Shown one piece after another: positions 36,861 through 50,197 of a stretch of 63,677 nucleotides of DNA. Below the pieces are notes generated by a model. The model searched no databases, was not told the origin of the DNA, and was given only the letters and a program-made list of their open reading frames with translations. Every line of letters starts with the position of its first letter. Position 1 is the stretch's first letter. The position numbers and the translations under genes were made by a program. Source of the DNA: Chiloscyllium plagiosum (lineage: Eukaryota); NCBI RefSeq assembly GCF_004010195.1, contig NC_057750.1, positions 12,789,459 through 12,853,135 on the forward strand, written 5' to 3'.

Positions 36861-39490
36861 ACAGCTCATGGAGAATGGCTGCGCATGTACCCTCTGGAGT
36901 TTAGAAGAGTTGGAGGTGATTAATTGAAACAGAGAAAATCCTGAGGGGAGCTGACCGGGTGGATGTGTAAAGGATGCCCCTCAAGCCTGGTCATCGTTCA
37001 AAAATAGGGGGCGCCCATTTAAAACATTTAAAAATACATTTTTTTCTCTCAGCGAGTTTTTAGAATTCCCTTCCTCAAAAGGCAGTGGATGCAACATCTT
37101 TAAATATTATTTAGGCCGAGGGCAATAAATTGTTGATGGGCAAGGAGACAGAAGGTTATTGGGGGTTTAGGAGGAGCGTAGAATTGAGGTTAAAGTCCGA
37201 TTAGCCACGTTCTTATTGAATGGGGGGAGCAGGCTTGAAGGGGCCGAATGGCCTCCTCTTGTTCCTTGCTTGTATTTTGAGGGCCTCATTACAGCCTACA
37301 ACAGACTGGGGCGCCTCCTGTGGGTTTGGGGGAGGGAAAGCAGTAAAAGGAAAGAAAGCCACGTGAGAGAACAGGGTGGATTTCTCCCCTTGCTGATTCT
37401 CGGGCGTGCCGTCGTCGGAAAAGCTTCTACGCAGCCAGTTTCCATCGATAAAAGTGGAGGGCGGCTCTCCTTTAAGGGGAATTGAAGATGCAACTGTGCG
37501 ATCTTTGTCTGCTACTGCCAGAGGCAGGGTCATTCTCAAGACCAGGGCCGCTGTGACTGCAGATTGTTTACGCTGAATTGAAAAATCAATCGGATTCTGG
37601 GGTGAAGAAGCAAAGAGCGAAAGGAATACTACAGGATATTGAAGTGGGCCTCTTCTGGGAGGAGGGAGCCTGCACATCACTGCCACAGGCAGTACTTAGT
37701 GAGAGACTAAGCAAAGTCTGAAAATAAAAACCCCTCAGTCAAATGGTTCTGCGTGTATAGTGAAGAGACAGTGAGAAAATAATGGAACCCAACAGGGTCC
37801 AGTAGCCGCTGAGATGCAGTAGCAGAGCAGATTTCTTAGAGCAGTCTGGGATCCTCTGTGTGGTTCAAAGAGGTCAACTGGGACAGGGAGGTGATAGTCT
37901 AGTGGGGTTATTGTCAGACTATTACTCCAGTGATTAAGGTGATAATCTGGTGAACTTGCGTTCAAGTTCCTGTCATGGGGAATGAATCCTCGAATCCCTA
38001 CAGCGTGGAAGCAGTCCACACTGACCCTCTGACGAGCATTCCAGCACCCTTCCCTATTCCCTGCACTTCCCATGGCTAAATCACCCGGCCTGCACATCCC
38101 TGGACGCTATGGGCAATTGTGACACGGGCAAACCACACTCGTCTCATTGCTAGTGACCAGGGGACCGGAATCGATTGTTGCAAAAGCCTAATTAGATTCG
38201 CTGATGCCCTTCAGGGAGGGAAATCCATTGTCCTTACCCAGCCTGGCCTACATGTGGCTCCTGACCCGCAGCGATGTGGTTGACTCTGAAATGGCCAAGG
38301 AAGGGCACATCTTTGGACCGTGGGAAGAAACCAGAGGACCTGGCGGAAACCCATGCAGACATGAGGAGAAACGCAAACTCTGAAATCACTGACATATTTT
38401 GCTTCCAGCCCTCATGGGTCCCAGGCTGCTTACATTCACTGCATGAAAAAAAAATTCTTCCTCAGACTTTCTTAATTCAGGCGAGAGAGATTTGTAGGTT
38501 TTCACTGATCTTTGTTCCTCCATCTTTAATTAATTTTCCTATTAATCTAATCCAGAGGCAAATAAGCAAGTGTTTAGGGGGAATAAAGGCAAATTCAATG
38601 TCATGAAGGCCCCTCTTTAACTTATAAAATAGGCCTTGTTTGGTTTTGGGCCTTTGTCAGGGTGTTACCGTTTGGTCTTAAAGACCCTTTGATTCCCTTT
38701 GCTGAATAAGCAAGGATTACACAGAAAATTGATTAATCCAAGTGTTATAACTGCATCACCTGCTATGGAGCTGCCTGCTTGCCCCATCTGAGACCCTACA
38801 ATCCATTCCGGTAAGTTTGATAAAGTTGGAATCCCTTCGGAAGTGACAGGTTGAGTTCGAAACCTCTTTGGAACTTCAGACCTTCATCAATCTCGATGGC
38901 AGATCCATTGAGGGAATGAAAGGCAAAGACGTGAGGGGATTGGACAGTTACGATCAGCTGTGAGACACACCCTGAGGCGTGGCAAGGTTGTGAAGGCCTG
39001 AAACCACTAGGGGGAGGTCTGAGGTGCCATATCTCCAAGGTAGAGGTGCTAAAGAATTGATGCTGATATATGAGCGAGCACAACTGTGACAGAGCCCCTT
39101 CCTATAACTGTTCCATTTATCATAGAAACAGGCTGACTCATTTCCAAATGATCATGGAGAAGGGTTACCAAAGTGATGGGAAGTTGCAAGTCCAGGAGCC
39201 AGGGATATCCGTACCTCCCAGCAAGTCTTCCCATTGGAGGCATCTCTGAAACGTCCTCACCGAGGGTTCAGGTGACCTGTCCCCCCCCAGACTGGGGGAC
39301 GACACCCATCCATCCACCGTAGACTACTTTCTAAATGGGGCACGGCTTCAGAAATGTGAAGCACAGAGGAACTTAGGAGTCCTCATTCGGAAATGTTTTA
39401 ACGTTAACATGCAAGTACAATTGGCAATAGGGACGGCAAATGCAACATTAGCATTCATTTCAAGAAGGCTGGATTACACAAGCAGTGATG

Positions 39491-39788
39491 CAGGGTGGCT
39501 CAGTGGTTAGCACTGCTGCCTCACAGCACCAGGGACCCGAGTTCGATTCCAGCCTCAGGTGACTGTCTGTGCGGAGTTTGGGCATTCTCCCTGCATCAGC
39601 GTGGGTTTCCTCACACAGTCCAAAACTGGGCAGATTAGGGTGGATTGGCCATGCTAAATTGCCCCGTAGTGTCCAGGGACATGCAGGCTAGCTGGGTTAG
39701 CCATGGGAAATATCGGTTGGGGGGGTGGAATATGCTTCAGAGGCTCAGTGTGGGCTCAAAGGGCCTAATTCCACACTGTACAGATTCT
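39491..39788 (+). mobile_element. HE1-type V-SINE
   Basis: gtggctcagtggttagcactgctgcctcacagcaccagggacccgagttcgattcc head. Confidence 0.9.
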
Positions 39789-40514
39789 AAAGCTATAACC
39801 ACCAATGGCAGGAGTGATTAAAACTGGAAATGTATATGTGACCAGTATTGTCCTTGTGTTTTTATAACCACGGGTGGGGTGGCCAACACGAAGGGATTGC
39901 TGTTCAGGCCTTAGTTGGGCGGAATGGCATTTAGAAACGGACATGAACCAGCGTGTAAACTGTGTCTGTCTCCTTTCTTTACCAGTTTTGTCAGTTCTGT
40001 ACACATTGAGGAGGACGAGAACAGTTAGCTCCTTCCCATTCCCCCGAAATTTATGATGATGTGGAGAATTATCAGCTCATCTCCGAGTGCCTTTAATGGC
40101 TTGTTAATCTCCTGATGTACAACCATCAGCCTAATTTGAATTGGATTTCCAAGCTTAATGTTTTTTGTTCTGCACAATTTTCTTCCAACAACACAAAGAA
40201 TATGTTGCAGCGAATGACAGGATAATTTGGGACCAAATCACTGCTGGAGTCATTCATGGCTGCTTTAACCCTCATTAAATCGGAGAGTTGCAATAAAGCT
40301 GATGCTTACAGCTCTTCTCCTGCAGTCTTGGCCTCATTTGCATTTCTTTGCGCTGTGTTTAAACCGAAGCTGCTGTCCCTATTGGATGACAACACCTCCT
40401 GACGCTCCCTTCCTTCCCTTTGTTTGGGGGCTGTTTCTGATTTTTGTGAAGAGGCCTCAATCTTCATTATTAATCCTCACCAGTCCGACATCGAGGAGCT
40501 CCAGAGTAGCACGG

Positions 40515-40840
40515 ATTAGATTAGATTAGATTCCCTATAGTGTGGGAACAGGCCCTTCGGCCCAACAAGTCCCCACCGACCCTCCGAAGAGTAACCCACC
40601 CAGAATCATTTCCCCATGTTTACCTCTGACTAATGCATCTAACACTACGGGCAACTTAGCATGGCCAGTTCACCTGACCTGCACATCCTTTGGACTGTGG
40701 GAGGAAACCGGAGCACCCGGAGGAAACCCACGCAGACACGGGGAGAATGTGCAAACTCCACACAGACTGTTGCCCAAGGTGGGAATCGAACCCGGGTCCC
40801 TGGCGCTGTGAGGCAGCAGTGCTAACCACTGAGCCAACAG
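40515..40840 (-). mobile_element. HE1-type V-SINE, full length, young
   Basis: Runs from the (AGATT)n tail through to cagcagtgctaaccactgagcca. Confidence 0.93.
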
Positions 40841-41128
40841 GGTGGCATGGAGCTTGAACCAGGGTAGACTTTCATTCCTGTGCCATCTGTGGCTGTCCTC
40901 TCCTCTGCTGAGGACTTCCATTCACAGAATTTTCTTCCTTCCTCCCATAAGACGCTTTGACCAAGTTTAATCGCCGTTCTTGGTGCCCTCATGATGTGTC
41001 TCTGTATCCTGTTTTGCCGGGGACGTGCCTGGGAAATGGGAACGCCATTCCCCTCCAAGCCACACACTAACCTGACCTTGACTTAGATCCATTCGGAGAG
41101 TCATACAGCACGGAGGGACAGACCCGTC

Positions 41129-41375
41129 CTCTGACCTATCACCTCCATCCCCACCCCCAATCACCTATTATACTCTTTGCTACCTTCTCCCCAGTCCCAC
41201 TCCACCCCATTTATCTCTCCACCCTGGAGGCTCTCTGCCTGTATTCCTGATGAAGGGCTTTTGCCCGAAACGTCGATTTTCCTGCTCCTCAGATGCTGCC
41301 TGACCTGCTGTGCTTTTCCAGCACCACTCTGATCTAAACTCTGGTTTCCAGCATCTGCAGTCCTCACTTTTGCCT
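41129..41375 (+). mobile_element. Family A Penelope pLTR fragment inserted in a CR1 3' end
   Basis: C/T-rich pLTR body, hammerhead and tail ccagcatctgcagtcctcacttt. It splits the CR1 sequence gacagaccc|ttcagtctaacc. Confidence 0.85.
41247..41274 (+). ncRNA. Minimal hammerhead ribozyme motif (core intact)
   Basis: CUGAUGA-A-GGGC-UUUU-GCCC-GAAA-C-GUC. Confidence 0.82.
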
Positions 41376-41925
41376 TCAGTCTAACCAGTCCGTGCCGAAC
41401 ATAATCCCAAACTAAACTAGTCCCACCTGCCTGCTCCTGGCCCCTATCCCTCCAAACCTTTCCTATTCCTGCCTTCAGGTGTCGCTGGGACAAAATCCTG
41501 GAATCCCTTCCCTCGCTGCACCATGGGATTACCATGGACCTCAGCAGTTCACCATCACCTTCTCAAAGGCAATTTGTTTAAAAACTTCATTAATGGGATG
41601 TGGGCTTTGCTGGCTAGGCTTAGCATTTATTGTCCATCCCTAATTACCGTGAGAGTTGTACACATTGCCGTGGGTCTGGAGTCACATGTAGGACAGACTG
41701 GGTAAGGACAGGCTTATGGAGGACATTGCTGAGCTAAATAGGTTTTTTTTCCCCGACAATCGAGAACAGTTTCAAAGACCATCATTAGAGCCTTCATCCC
41801 AGACTTTTATTGAACTCAGATTCCGCCGCCTGCCGTGGTGGGGTTTGAGGCCAGGTCCCTTGACCATTCCCTTCTCTGGTTCATTGTCAACATGGCTTTG
41901 ATAGGGCGAGACGGTGTCTGTCAGG

Positions 41926-43418
41926 TTTTGCGGTCTTGGGAAGAGTTATGCTGAGCTGTGATGCACCCAGATAGGATGCCTTCTATGGTGCATCTATAAA
42001 AATTGATAAGAGACATTGCGGACGTGCTGAATTTCCTTAGCCTCCTGAGGAAGTTGAATTGCTGTGCTTTCTTAACCGACGCATCTAAATAGATGGACCA
42101 GGACAGATGGTTAGTGATTGTCAACCCCAGGAATTTGATGCTCTAGACCATCGCCACCTCAGCACCATTGATGCAGAGAGGGGCATGTTCTCTAATTCGC
42201 TTCCTAAAGGCGATTTGAGGACAACTAGAGTGGGGTCATTAGTCAAGAAAGGTGGCAGGAAACTGTAGACCGGTAAGTTTACCATCAGTGATAGGAAACT
42301 GTTGGAGAAAGACTCAGGCGACTGACTATGGGCAGCACGGTGGCACAGTGGTTAGCACTGCTGCCTCACAGCGCCAGAGACCCGGGCTCAGTTCTCACCT
42401 CAGGCGACTATCTGTGTGGAGTTTGCACATTCTCCCCGTGTCTGCGTGGGTTTCCTCCCACAGTGCAAAAATGTGCAGGTTAGGTGAATTGACCGTGCTA
42501 AATTGCCTGTAGTGTTAGAGGTAGGGGAATGGGTCTGGGTGGGTTGCGCTTCAGCTGGTCGGCGTGGACTTGTTGGGCCGAAGGGCCTGTTTCCACACTG
42601 TACGTAATCTAAAACAAAAATGTGAGATACCAATTTAATCTCCACATGGAGAGGCTCTGTGTGTTTAATGATAGTCAGCATGGCTTCGATAGGGGGAAGA
42701 TGGTGGCTGACAGGTTGGAGTGAGTTTTTTTGAGGAGGTTGATGAGGTGTTGTGGGTGAGGATACTGCTTTGGATGTCGAGTACATGAACTTCAGGAGCG
42801 ATAATATCACTTGGCCATTGTCTCCCCAATAAATGTGAAACCTTGTCAAAAGACTTACTGAAATTCATGTCGTTGACCTCCACATTAGTATCCTCATCCA
42901 CAACACCTCTTCAGCTCCTCAAAAGAATTGCCTCAAACCTGTCAGCCACCACCTCCCCCTATCGAAGCAATGCTGACTATCATTAAACACAAAGAGCCTC
43001 TCCATGTGGAGATTCAATTGGTATCTCGCGTCTTTCTCCAACGGTTTCCTATCACTGATGTTAAACTTACCGGTCTACATTTCCTGCTGCCTTTCTTGAT
43101 TAATGACCCCATTTTAGTTGTCCTCAAATCATCTTCAGGAAGTGGAATGGAGAACATGCCCCTCTCTGCAACAATGGTGCTGAGATGGAGATGGCCTAGA
43201 GCATCAAATTCCTGGGATTTACAATCACCAACCATCTGTCCTGGTCCATCCAATTGGATGCGTCGGTCAAGAAAGCACAGCAACTTGACTTCCTCAGGAG
43301 GCTAAGGAAATTCAGCATGTCCGCAATGTCTCTTATCAATTTTTATAGATGCACCATAGAAAGCATCCTATCTGGATGCATCACAGCTCAGCATAACTCT
43401 TCCCAAGACTGTAAGAAA
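41926..43418. repeat. Long inverted duplication (~560-bp arms, ~60-bp spacer) of a CR1/Rex1 junction; the left arm is interrupted by an HE1 SINE
   Basis: 41926-42313 plus 42622-42797 is the reverse complement of 42857-43418, roughly 85-90% identical by eye. Confidence 0.92.
42330..42612 (+). mobile_element. HE1-type V-SINE
   Basis: gggcagcacggtggcacagtggttagcactgctgcctcacagcgccag...cacactgtacgtaatct. Confidence 0.92.
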
Positions 43419-43838
43419 CTACAGAGAGTCATGAACATAACCCAGTCCGTCACACAAACATCCTTCCATCCATTAACTTCATCTACACTTCCTGCTGCCT
43501 TTGGAACACAACCAACATAATCAAAGACTCCTTCCACCCCAGGGGTAATATTCTCTTCCATCCTCTTCTGCCAGGCAGAAGATATAAAAGTTTAACAACA
43601 TGTGTGGACAGATTCAAGAACAGCTTCTTCCCCGCTATTATCAGACTTTTGATTGGATCTCTCACACGTTAATTCTGATCTCTCTCTTTCTCTCTGCACC
43701 TTCTCTGTGGCTCTGACACTGCACTCTCTTCTGTTACCCTAATGCACTCTGTATGGTACAATCTACCTGTACAGCATGCAAAACAACAGTTTTCACTGTA
43801 ACTTGGTGCATGTGACAACAACGAATCAATCAATCAAT
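43140..43838 (+). mobile_element. Rex1/Babar LINE 3' portion
   Basis: KFLG...VKKAQQ.DFLRRLRKF...LINFYRCTIESILSGCITA, with an (AATC)n tail. Confidence 0.9.
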
Positions 43839-44224
43839 TTAGCACAAAAACAGAAGTAGCTGGAAAAGCTCAACAGGTCTGGCAGTGTCTGTGAAGAGAA
43901 ATCAAAGTTAACATGTCAGGTCTGGTGACCCTTCATATGAACTCACCGCCCATGGCCAGAGAGGATCTGAATCTTAGTGACATCAATTGCCTCCCTTAGA
44001 CGACCTTACATTAGCTTTTAAATGGCAGGGCTGACTTGAAGGGCTGAATGGCCTTCAGTGAACAGGTTAATGAGGAGGTGCTGGGTTGATAACATTGCTG
44101 ACAGCACTTGCCACCACCTAGCCGAGAGTAGACTGAAGGGCTCATAATTGTCTGGGTTAACTTTGACATGAATTTTGTGAATTATTTCATTGGTGCTTTG
44201 CAGATTTGTTTTTCCCTCTCTCTT

Positions 44225-44255
<31 letters not shown>

Positions 44256-45115
44256 GCCCCCGTCCTGCAGCCCACCCACCCAATTTAGTCCTGGAGCTAC
44301 AAGGGCCAAAGAATCACAGACCTTTTCTTTGGATCATGTTTATGGGTGAGGGGACCCTGTGGGTTGGACAAGAATAAAGTGCAAAATGGGACAAGTGCTC
44401 ATCGGACAATTGGCGAGCAATGGGCACTGACCCACTATTAATGCCCATACTGTTTGTACAGTGCAGCAAAACTGGGGAACACAAATAATGGATATCGTGA
44501 GACAATATGAATATGGGAAGCTGCACTTAGGCATCCTGTATACTCTCATGCAGCCACTCCCTCCCTCCTCTACCACCCTCCCCTCCTGCTCCCCCTGATA
44601 AGTGCTACTGCCTGAGGGGGGCATTATTGTCATAGTTTCTCTGGGTTCTTTATTGACTCTGAGAGACACAAGGCACAGGCGTATGTTGTGAGGAGGACTG
44701 TTGGGATTTACGTCTGCCTCAGACCTCCAACCGATCCCCTCCCCCAACCCCAGAGGCCACTGTCAGGAACTAACATTTTTCTTCGGAGATCAGGCAATCA
44801 TGACTAAAGGGCGGGAAAATAAAGGCTTTGCTCTGGTTTGGACTATCTTCATGACACAAGAAGTTGCCAGTTCTCCAGCAACTGCAACGTAAGGCCGGAG
44901 CTTGGTGAGTAACTCCCCAAACCCTGTCCACCTTCTACAAGTCAGGAGTGTGAGGGAATATTCTCCCCAGTTGCCCCTGGATGTGGGCGGCTTGACACCA
45001 TCAAGGATAAAGCAGATCCCGCGGGCACCACATCCACAAGCATCCCCTCCATCCACCACTCAGTAGCAGCAGGGTGTACCATCTACTCGAACTGAGTCAG
45101 ATCTTTTTTTTAAGA

Positions 45116-45406
45116 GTAGATTTCCTAGAGTGTGAAAACAGGCCCTTCGGCCCAACTAGTTCACACCACCCCTCCGAAGAGTAACCCACCCAGACCCATT
45201 TCCTTCTGACTAATGTACCTAACCCTATGGGCAATTTAGAATGGCCAATTCACCTGACCCATACAGCTTTGGACGGTGGGAGGAAACCAGAGCACACCCA
45301 CGGGGAGAATGTGCAAACTCCACACAGACAGTCGCCCAAGGCTGGAATCGAACCGGGGACCCTAGTGCTGTTAGGCAGCAGTGGTAACCAATGAGCCAAC
45401 GTGCCA
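45116..45406 (-). mobile_element. HE1-type V-SINE
   Basis: aacaggcccttcggcccaac...aatgtgcaaactccacacagacagtcgccc. Confidence 0.88.
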
Positions 45407-46084
45407 CTCCGAATCTGATGATCGAAAACCAATAACAGCAACAGGAAATGAATGAAACCACCCGAGGAAGGTGAAAGAGTTAAAGTGCTTGGGCCAAGGA
45501 GTGATTAAACGTGAAAAAGAGCAAAGATTGCATTACTCAATCTCAGCGGGGTGATGCAATTACTTGCGCCCCAGTTAATATTCCTTCTGTGTTCTAGAAA
45601 TGTGCAGACGTTAACCCATTTACTCTCATAGCCCAGTCACCTTTATAAATCTACCAGTTGGCTGTCCCAATTCACAGCCCCATTCTACACGGGCTCCATT
45701 AAAATAAAATCCCCCTGCGCCCTCTCCCCACCCACCCCAACCACCCACATCAACCTCCTGAAATCAAACAATAACAGAAAGGACCCTTCGATGGCCGGCC
45801 TGAACATGGGAGGCAGACATCAGAATTAGTCGCAAGCCTTCACTGTGAGTGGTAAACCCAAGTGGGCCCTGGGGTTGGAGGGAGAGCCCCTGTATGTGAA
45901 GCCCCTGACCTGTCATAGGACGATTACCCAACATGCCAAGCACACTCGGATTCCTGGCATTGGGTGTTCTTTCATTGTGTACAGAAGCTGGCTCAAGGCC
46001 TTTTCTTGGTGAGATGCAAGTTTATTTTGCTCAGCTGTGGATCTACATATTGAACAAGTGCTTAACCAAATAATGCCAGGAGAT

Positions 46085-46640
46085 TTCACCGGAGATATGG
46101 GAAGCGGTCTGGCGACATGTAAGGAAAATTTCAGTATGTAACAAAGCACAGGCTATTCAATTGAATATCTTACAGAGGCTCATATGGCACCAGAGAGGCT
46201 AGCTAGATTTAAGAGGGGAGTGTCTCCAGAATGTCCCAAATGTAAAATTAATATAGGCACTCTCACACATTGTAATGGTCATGTTGCAAGATCCAAAGAT
46301 AATGGAGTATCAAAGTATGGGAGTTACAGGACATTCTGCAGACTAAAATTAACGTGGATCCAGTAATTCTTCTTTTGGGGCTGCCAAACCTGACCTCTCT
46401 GGGAGAACATGGGAAGAGACTGTGTAATATCCTTGCCCATTGCGCGAGGAAGAACATTTTACTAAATTGGGCGTCAGAAAACCCCCCAGGTCTTATGGGG
46501 TGGCGTAAGTTGGTGATGGAACATCTCCCCCAAGATTATCTCACAAATATGGTAAACCATAAAACGGAACAGTTTTATAAGACAGTTTGTAAAAGATTTT
46601 AAAAAGCTTTTCAATAAAAGCATTTATAAAAGATAAACCA
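46085..46640 (+). mobile_element. L1-clade LINE ORF2 C-terminal fragment
   Basis: WEAVW...IQLNILQRAHMAPERLARF...SPECPKC...GTLTHC (CCHC knuckle region), then LLLG...ARKNILLNW. Confidence 0.85.
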
Positions 46641-46749
46641 AATAATGCAAGGTTGGCCTTTTTACAGAGTGCATCAGTCGCAAGAGACAGACTGTGTACA
46701 GGGACCAGGCAGAGACCAGGCACAGAGCCGTATGTAAAGTGTGAAGGGG

Positions 46750-47411
46750 ACACTTATTATACAAGGTATTCGTCAAAAACGGATACCCGCGCAACTTCAT
46801 CAACAGATGCCTAAGAGAAAGACCACGGAACGAGGACGTACCACAACCAAAAGGACTAGCCACACTACCATACATCAGGAGCATCTCGGAACTGACAGCC
46901 AGACTACTGCGACCCCTAGGACTCATAACGGCACACAAACCAACAGCCACGCTCAGACAACAACTCACCAGAACGAAGGACCCGATACCCAACATGAGCA
47001 AAACTAATGTAGTGTACAAAATACCATGCAAGGACTGCACTAAACACTATATAGGACAGGCAACATGAATTCGACTGGGACAACACTACTATCATAGGGC
47101 AAGCCAGACAGAGAACAGCCAGGGAATTCCTAGAGACATGGCATTCATCCACAAACTCCATCAACAAACACATCGACCTGGACCCAATATACCAACCACT
47201 ACAGCGGACAGCTGAAACTGACAACCGGAAGCGGCAGGGACAGACCACTATAAACACCGGAGGAAACATCAAAGAAGCGCTTCGCAGGAGGCTCCCAAGC
47301 ACTGATGATGTCGCCTAGCCAGGAGACGAAACATTTGCAACAAAAACTTCCAGCTCGGCGAACAGAACCACAACGAGCACCCGAGCTACAAATCTTCGCA
47401 CAAACTTTGAA
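46750..47411 (+). mobile_element. Penelope-like element 3' part: RT thumb/linker, GIY-YIG endonuclease (internally deleted) and pLTR
   Basis: KNGYPRNFINRC...LPYIRSISE...NVVYKIPCKDCTKHYIGQ//HEFDWDNTTII...REFLETWHS...INKHIDLDPIYQPL. Confidence 0.93.
47299..47339 (+). ncRNA. Minimal hammerhead motif in Penelope pLTR (family D); stem III probably CpG-mutated
   Basis: GCA-CUGAUGA-U-GUC.CCU-AGCC-AGG.GAC-GAAA-C-AUU-UGC, with stem I GCA/UGC. Confidence 0.75.
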
Positions 47412-47645
47412 GGGACATTTACACGTCTGAGATGAGACCACGTACAGAGGGGAGATGGATAATGAGTAGCATGGTTCCCTTCATATGGAATAAGAGAAAA
47501 TGGGAACAGGAGTAGGCCCTTCGGCCTTTCAAACCTGCTCTGTCATTCAATATGATCATGGCTGATCATCCAACTCAGTCCCTGTTCTCACTTTCTCCTC
47601 CATACCCTTTGATTCCTTTTGCCCTAAGAACTAAGCATCTGCTTT

Positions 47646-48255
47646 TCAGACTGGAGGCCTGTGACCATTGGTGTGCCACAAGGATTGGTGCTGGGTCCAC
47701 TGCTTTTCATCATTTATATAAACGATTTGGATGTGAACATAATAGGTATGGTTAGTAAGTTTGCAGATGGTACCAAAATTGGAGGTGTAACGGGCAGCGA
47801 AGAAGGTTACTTCAGATTACAATGGGATCTTGATCGGATGGGCCAATAGGCTGAGGAGTGGCAGATGGAGTTTAATTTAAATAAGTGCGAGATGCTGCAT
47901 TTTGCAAAGGCAAATCAGGGCAGGACATACACAATTAACGATGTGATTCTGGGGAATGTTGCTGAACGAAGAGACCTTGGAGTGCAGGTTCATAGTTCCT
48001 TGGAAGTGGAGTCTCTGGTAGATAAGATAGTGAAGAAGGCGTTTGGCATACTTTCCTTTATTGGTCAGAGCACTGAGTACAGGAGTTGGGATCTAAGGGG
48101 CAACTTTTTTTACGCAGAGGATGGTGTGTGTACGAAATGAGCTGCCAGGGGAAGTGGTGGAGGCTGGTACAATGACAGCCTTTAAAAGGCATCTGAATAG
48201 GAAGGATTGAGAGGGATATGGGCCAAGTGCTGGCAAATGGGAACAGATTAGGTTC
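47646..48255 (+). mobile_element. CR1 RT fragment with internal deletion, nested in an opposite-strand CR1 3' end
   Basis: [21 protein letters not shown]...SKFADGTKIGG. Confidence 0.92.
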
Positions 48256-48847
48256 AGATCTCTAATACTCTCTGATTCTATATCTAACTCCTTCTTGAAA
48301 ACATTCAATGTTTTGGCCTCAACTGCCCTCTGTGGCAGAGAATTCCACAGGCTCAAACTATTCCTCACCTCAGTCCTAAATGGCCTACCCTGTATTTTTA
48401 GACTGTGCCCCCTGGTTCTGGACTCTCTGATTATCCTTTTCACGTTTACCTTGCCTACTCCTGTTGGAATGTTTCTCTGAGACTAGCCCCCTCATTCTTC
48501 TAAACTCCAGGGAATAGAGTCCTAACCAATCCCATTAGAAAGGGACAGGAAGAGGATGGGGCATATAAGGGTCAGGAGAGGGCGGTGTATAAGATGGAGG
48601 AGGAAGTGCATTTAAAGATATGGAGCAAGTTGTGGAATGCACTGTGGAGGAGTTGGAAGTGAGCAGGTTGTAAGAGAACACATTAATTATCCTTTAACCA
48701 GGTCAGTGTGCTGACTCCAGAGACCGTTATTGTTCAGGATGGTATTGTAGAATCTCACTTCAAGCACATGATTTGACCTTGATTCAGGCACCTTCCTAAT
48801 GCACCAAGGTTATTTTTTAGGGTGTCTATTTAATCACAGTGTTCTAG

Positions 48848-49068
48848 GGGCGTCGGTGGTTAGCAGTGCTGCCTCACAGCGCCAGGGATCCGGGTTCGAT
48901 TCCCACCCTCGGGCGACTGTCTGTGTGGAGTTTACACATTCTCCCCGTGTCTGTGTGGGTTCCCTCCGGTTTCCAGGTGGATGAGCCATGGGGAATGCAG
49001 GGATACTTGGATGGGTCTGGGTCGGAGGGTCAGGGGGCTGAATGGCCTGCTTCCACGCTGTAGAGATT
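48848..49068 (+). mobile_element. HE1-type V-SINE (internally deleted)
   Basis: tgcctcacagcgccagggatccgggttcgattcc...ctgtctgtgtggagttt. Confidence 0.85.
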
Positions 49069-49294
49069 CTCTGATTTTGGAAAAAGCATCAAGCTTCTCT
49101 CTCTCCTGTCTGGGAGATTTGCTCACCCACCCCATGTCCATGGGGGGTGGGGTTCCCCTGATTAAGCACCAGTGTTTCAAGAAATTGTGGGGCCAGATCC
49201 TAAAAAGATATAGCAAGCTTTTCATACAGAAGAACAGAATGATTAGGAGCAGGAATAAGCCATGACAGAACTTATAATTATATGCCCTTATTGA

Positions 49295-49890
49295 GGTTTA
49301 TAAAATCATGAGGGGCATAGATAAGGTGAATGACAGGTCTCTGTTCCCTAGGATGTGAGAGTTCAAGACCATGGAGACATTTTTAAGGCCGAGAGGAGAA
49401 AGATTTAAAAGGGACATGAGGGGCAACTTTTTCATGCTGAAAGTGGTGTGCATGTGTGGAATAAACTTCCAGAGGAGGTGGTGCATGTGGGTACAGTTAC
49501 AACACTTAAAAGGCATTTGGCTAAGAAATGTTTGGATGTAGGTTTCCAAAGTTCATTTCCAAGTCATCCTACCAGGTAACATCTTCAGTGGGCCTCAGGC
49601 TGAAAATTCCTGCTCTCTATTTATATGTTTGGGTTTCTTTGGGTCGGTGATGTCATTTCCTGTGGTAATATTATTTCCTGTGGTGAAGTCACTTCCGGTT
49701 CCTTTTTCTCAGGAGGTGGTAGATGGGGTCTAACCCAATATTTTTGTTGTCTCAAAAACCTTGTCGAAACTCGCTACGTTCGGAGGGAAATGGGCCAAAC
49801 ATGGGCCGGTAGGACTAGTTTAGTTGAGGATTATGATTGGTATAGACTGGTTGGGACGAAGGGTCTGTTTCATGCTGTATTCAGACTCTT
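49295..49890 (+). mobile_element. CR1 3' fragment with a nested Penelope pLTR fragment (~49530-49776)
   Basis: CR1 sequence gaggtttataaaatcatgaggggcatagata. The nested minus-strand piece encodes NKNIGLDPIYH (the PLE ORF end) and shares tgatgtcatttcctgtgg with 22260-22320. Confidence 0.82.
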
Positions 49891-50197
49891 GTGCTTGCTC
49901 TACATTCAGTACTATCATGGCTGATTTGACTGTGGTCTTACCTCCAGTTTCCTATCTGCCCTCCATCATCTTGAGTGCCTTATCAATCAAATGTTTGTCC
50001 TGGTCAGCCCTGAGTATATTCAATGGTCCTGCCTGCATTGCTCACTCTTGAGAACTCCCATAGACAAGCGATCCCCTGAGAGAGAAAAGACATTCTCCTC
50101 ACCTCAGTCTCAAATGGATGACTCCTCATTTTAAACAATGTCTCCTGGTCCAGACTCCCCCAGAAGGAGAGGCATCCGTTTGGTGCCTGTAGTAATA

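Noticed and set aside
38796..39243. Adjacent minus-strand ORFs as a viral or host gene fragment
   Set aside because: I found no recognisable motif in the frames I read and no convincing splice structure.
39491..39560. tRNA-like sequences (gtggctcagtggttagcac...gttcgattcc)
   Set aside because: Each continues straight into the HE1 SINE body and lacks a full cloverleaf, so these are SINE heads rather than tRNA genes.
49560..49590. Hammerhead in the nested Penelope fragment (minus-strand CUGAAGA...)
   Set aside because: The GAAAC-stem III segment appears deleted, so I counted it only as a remnant.
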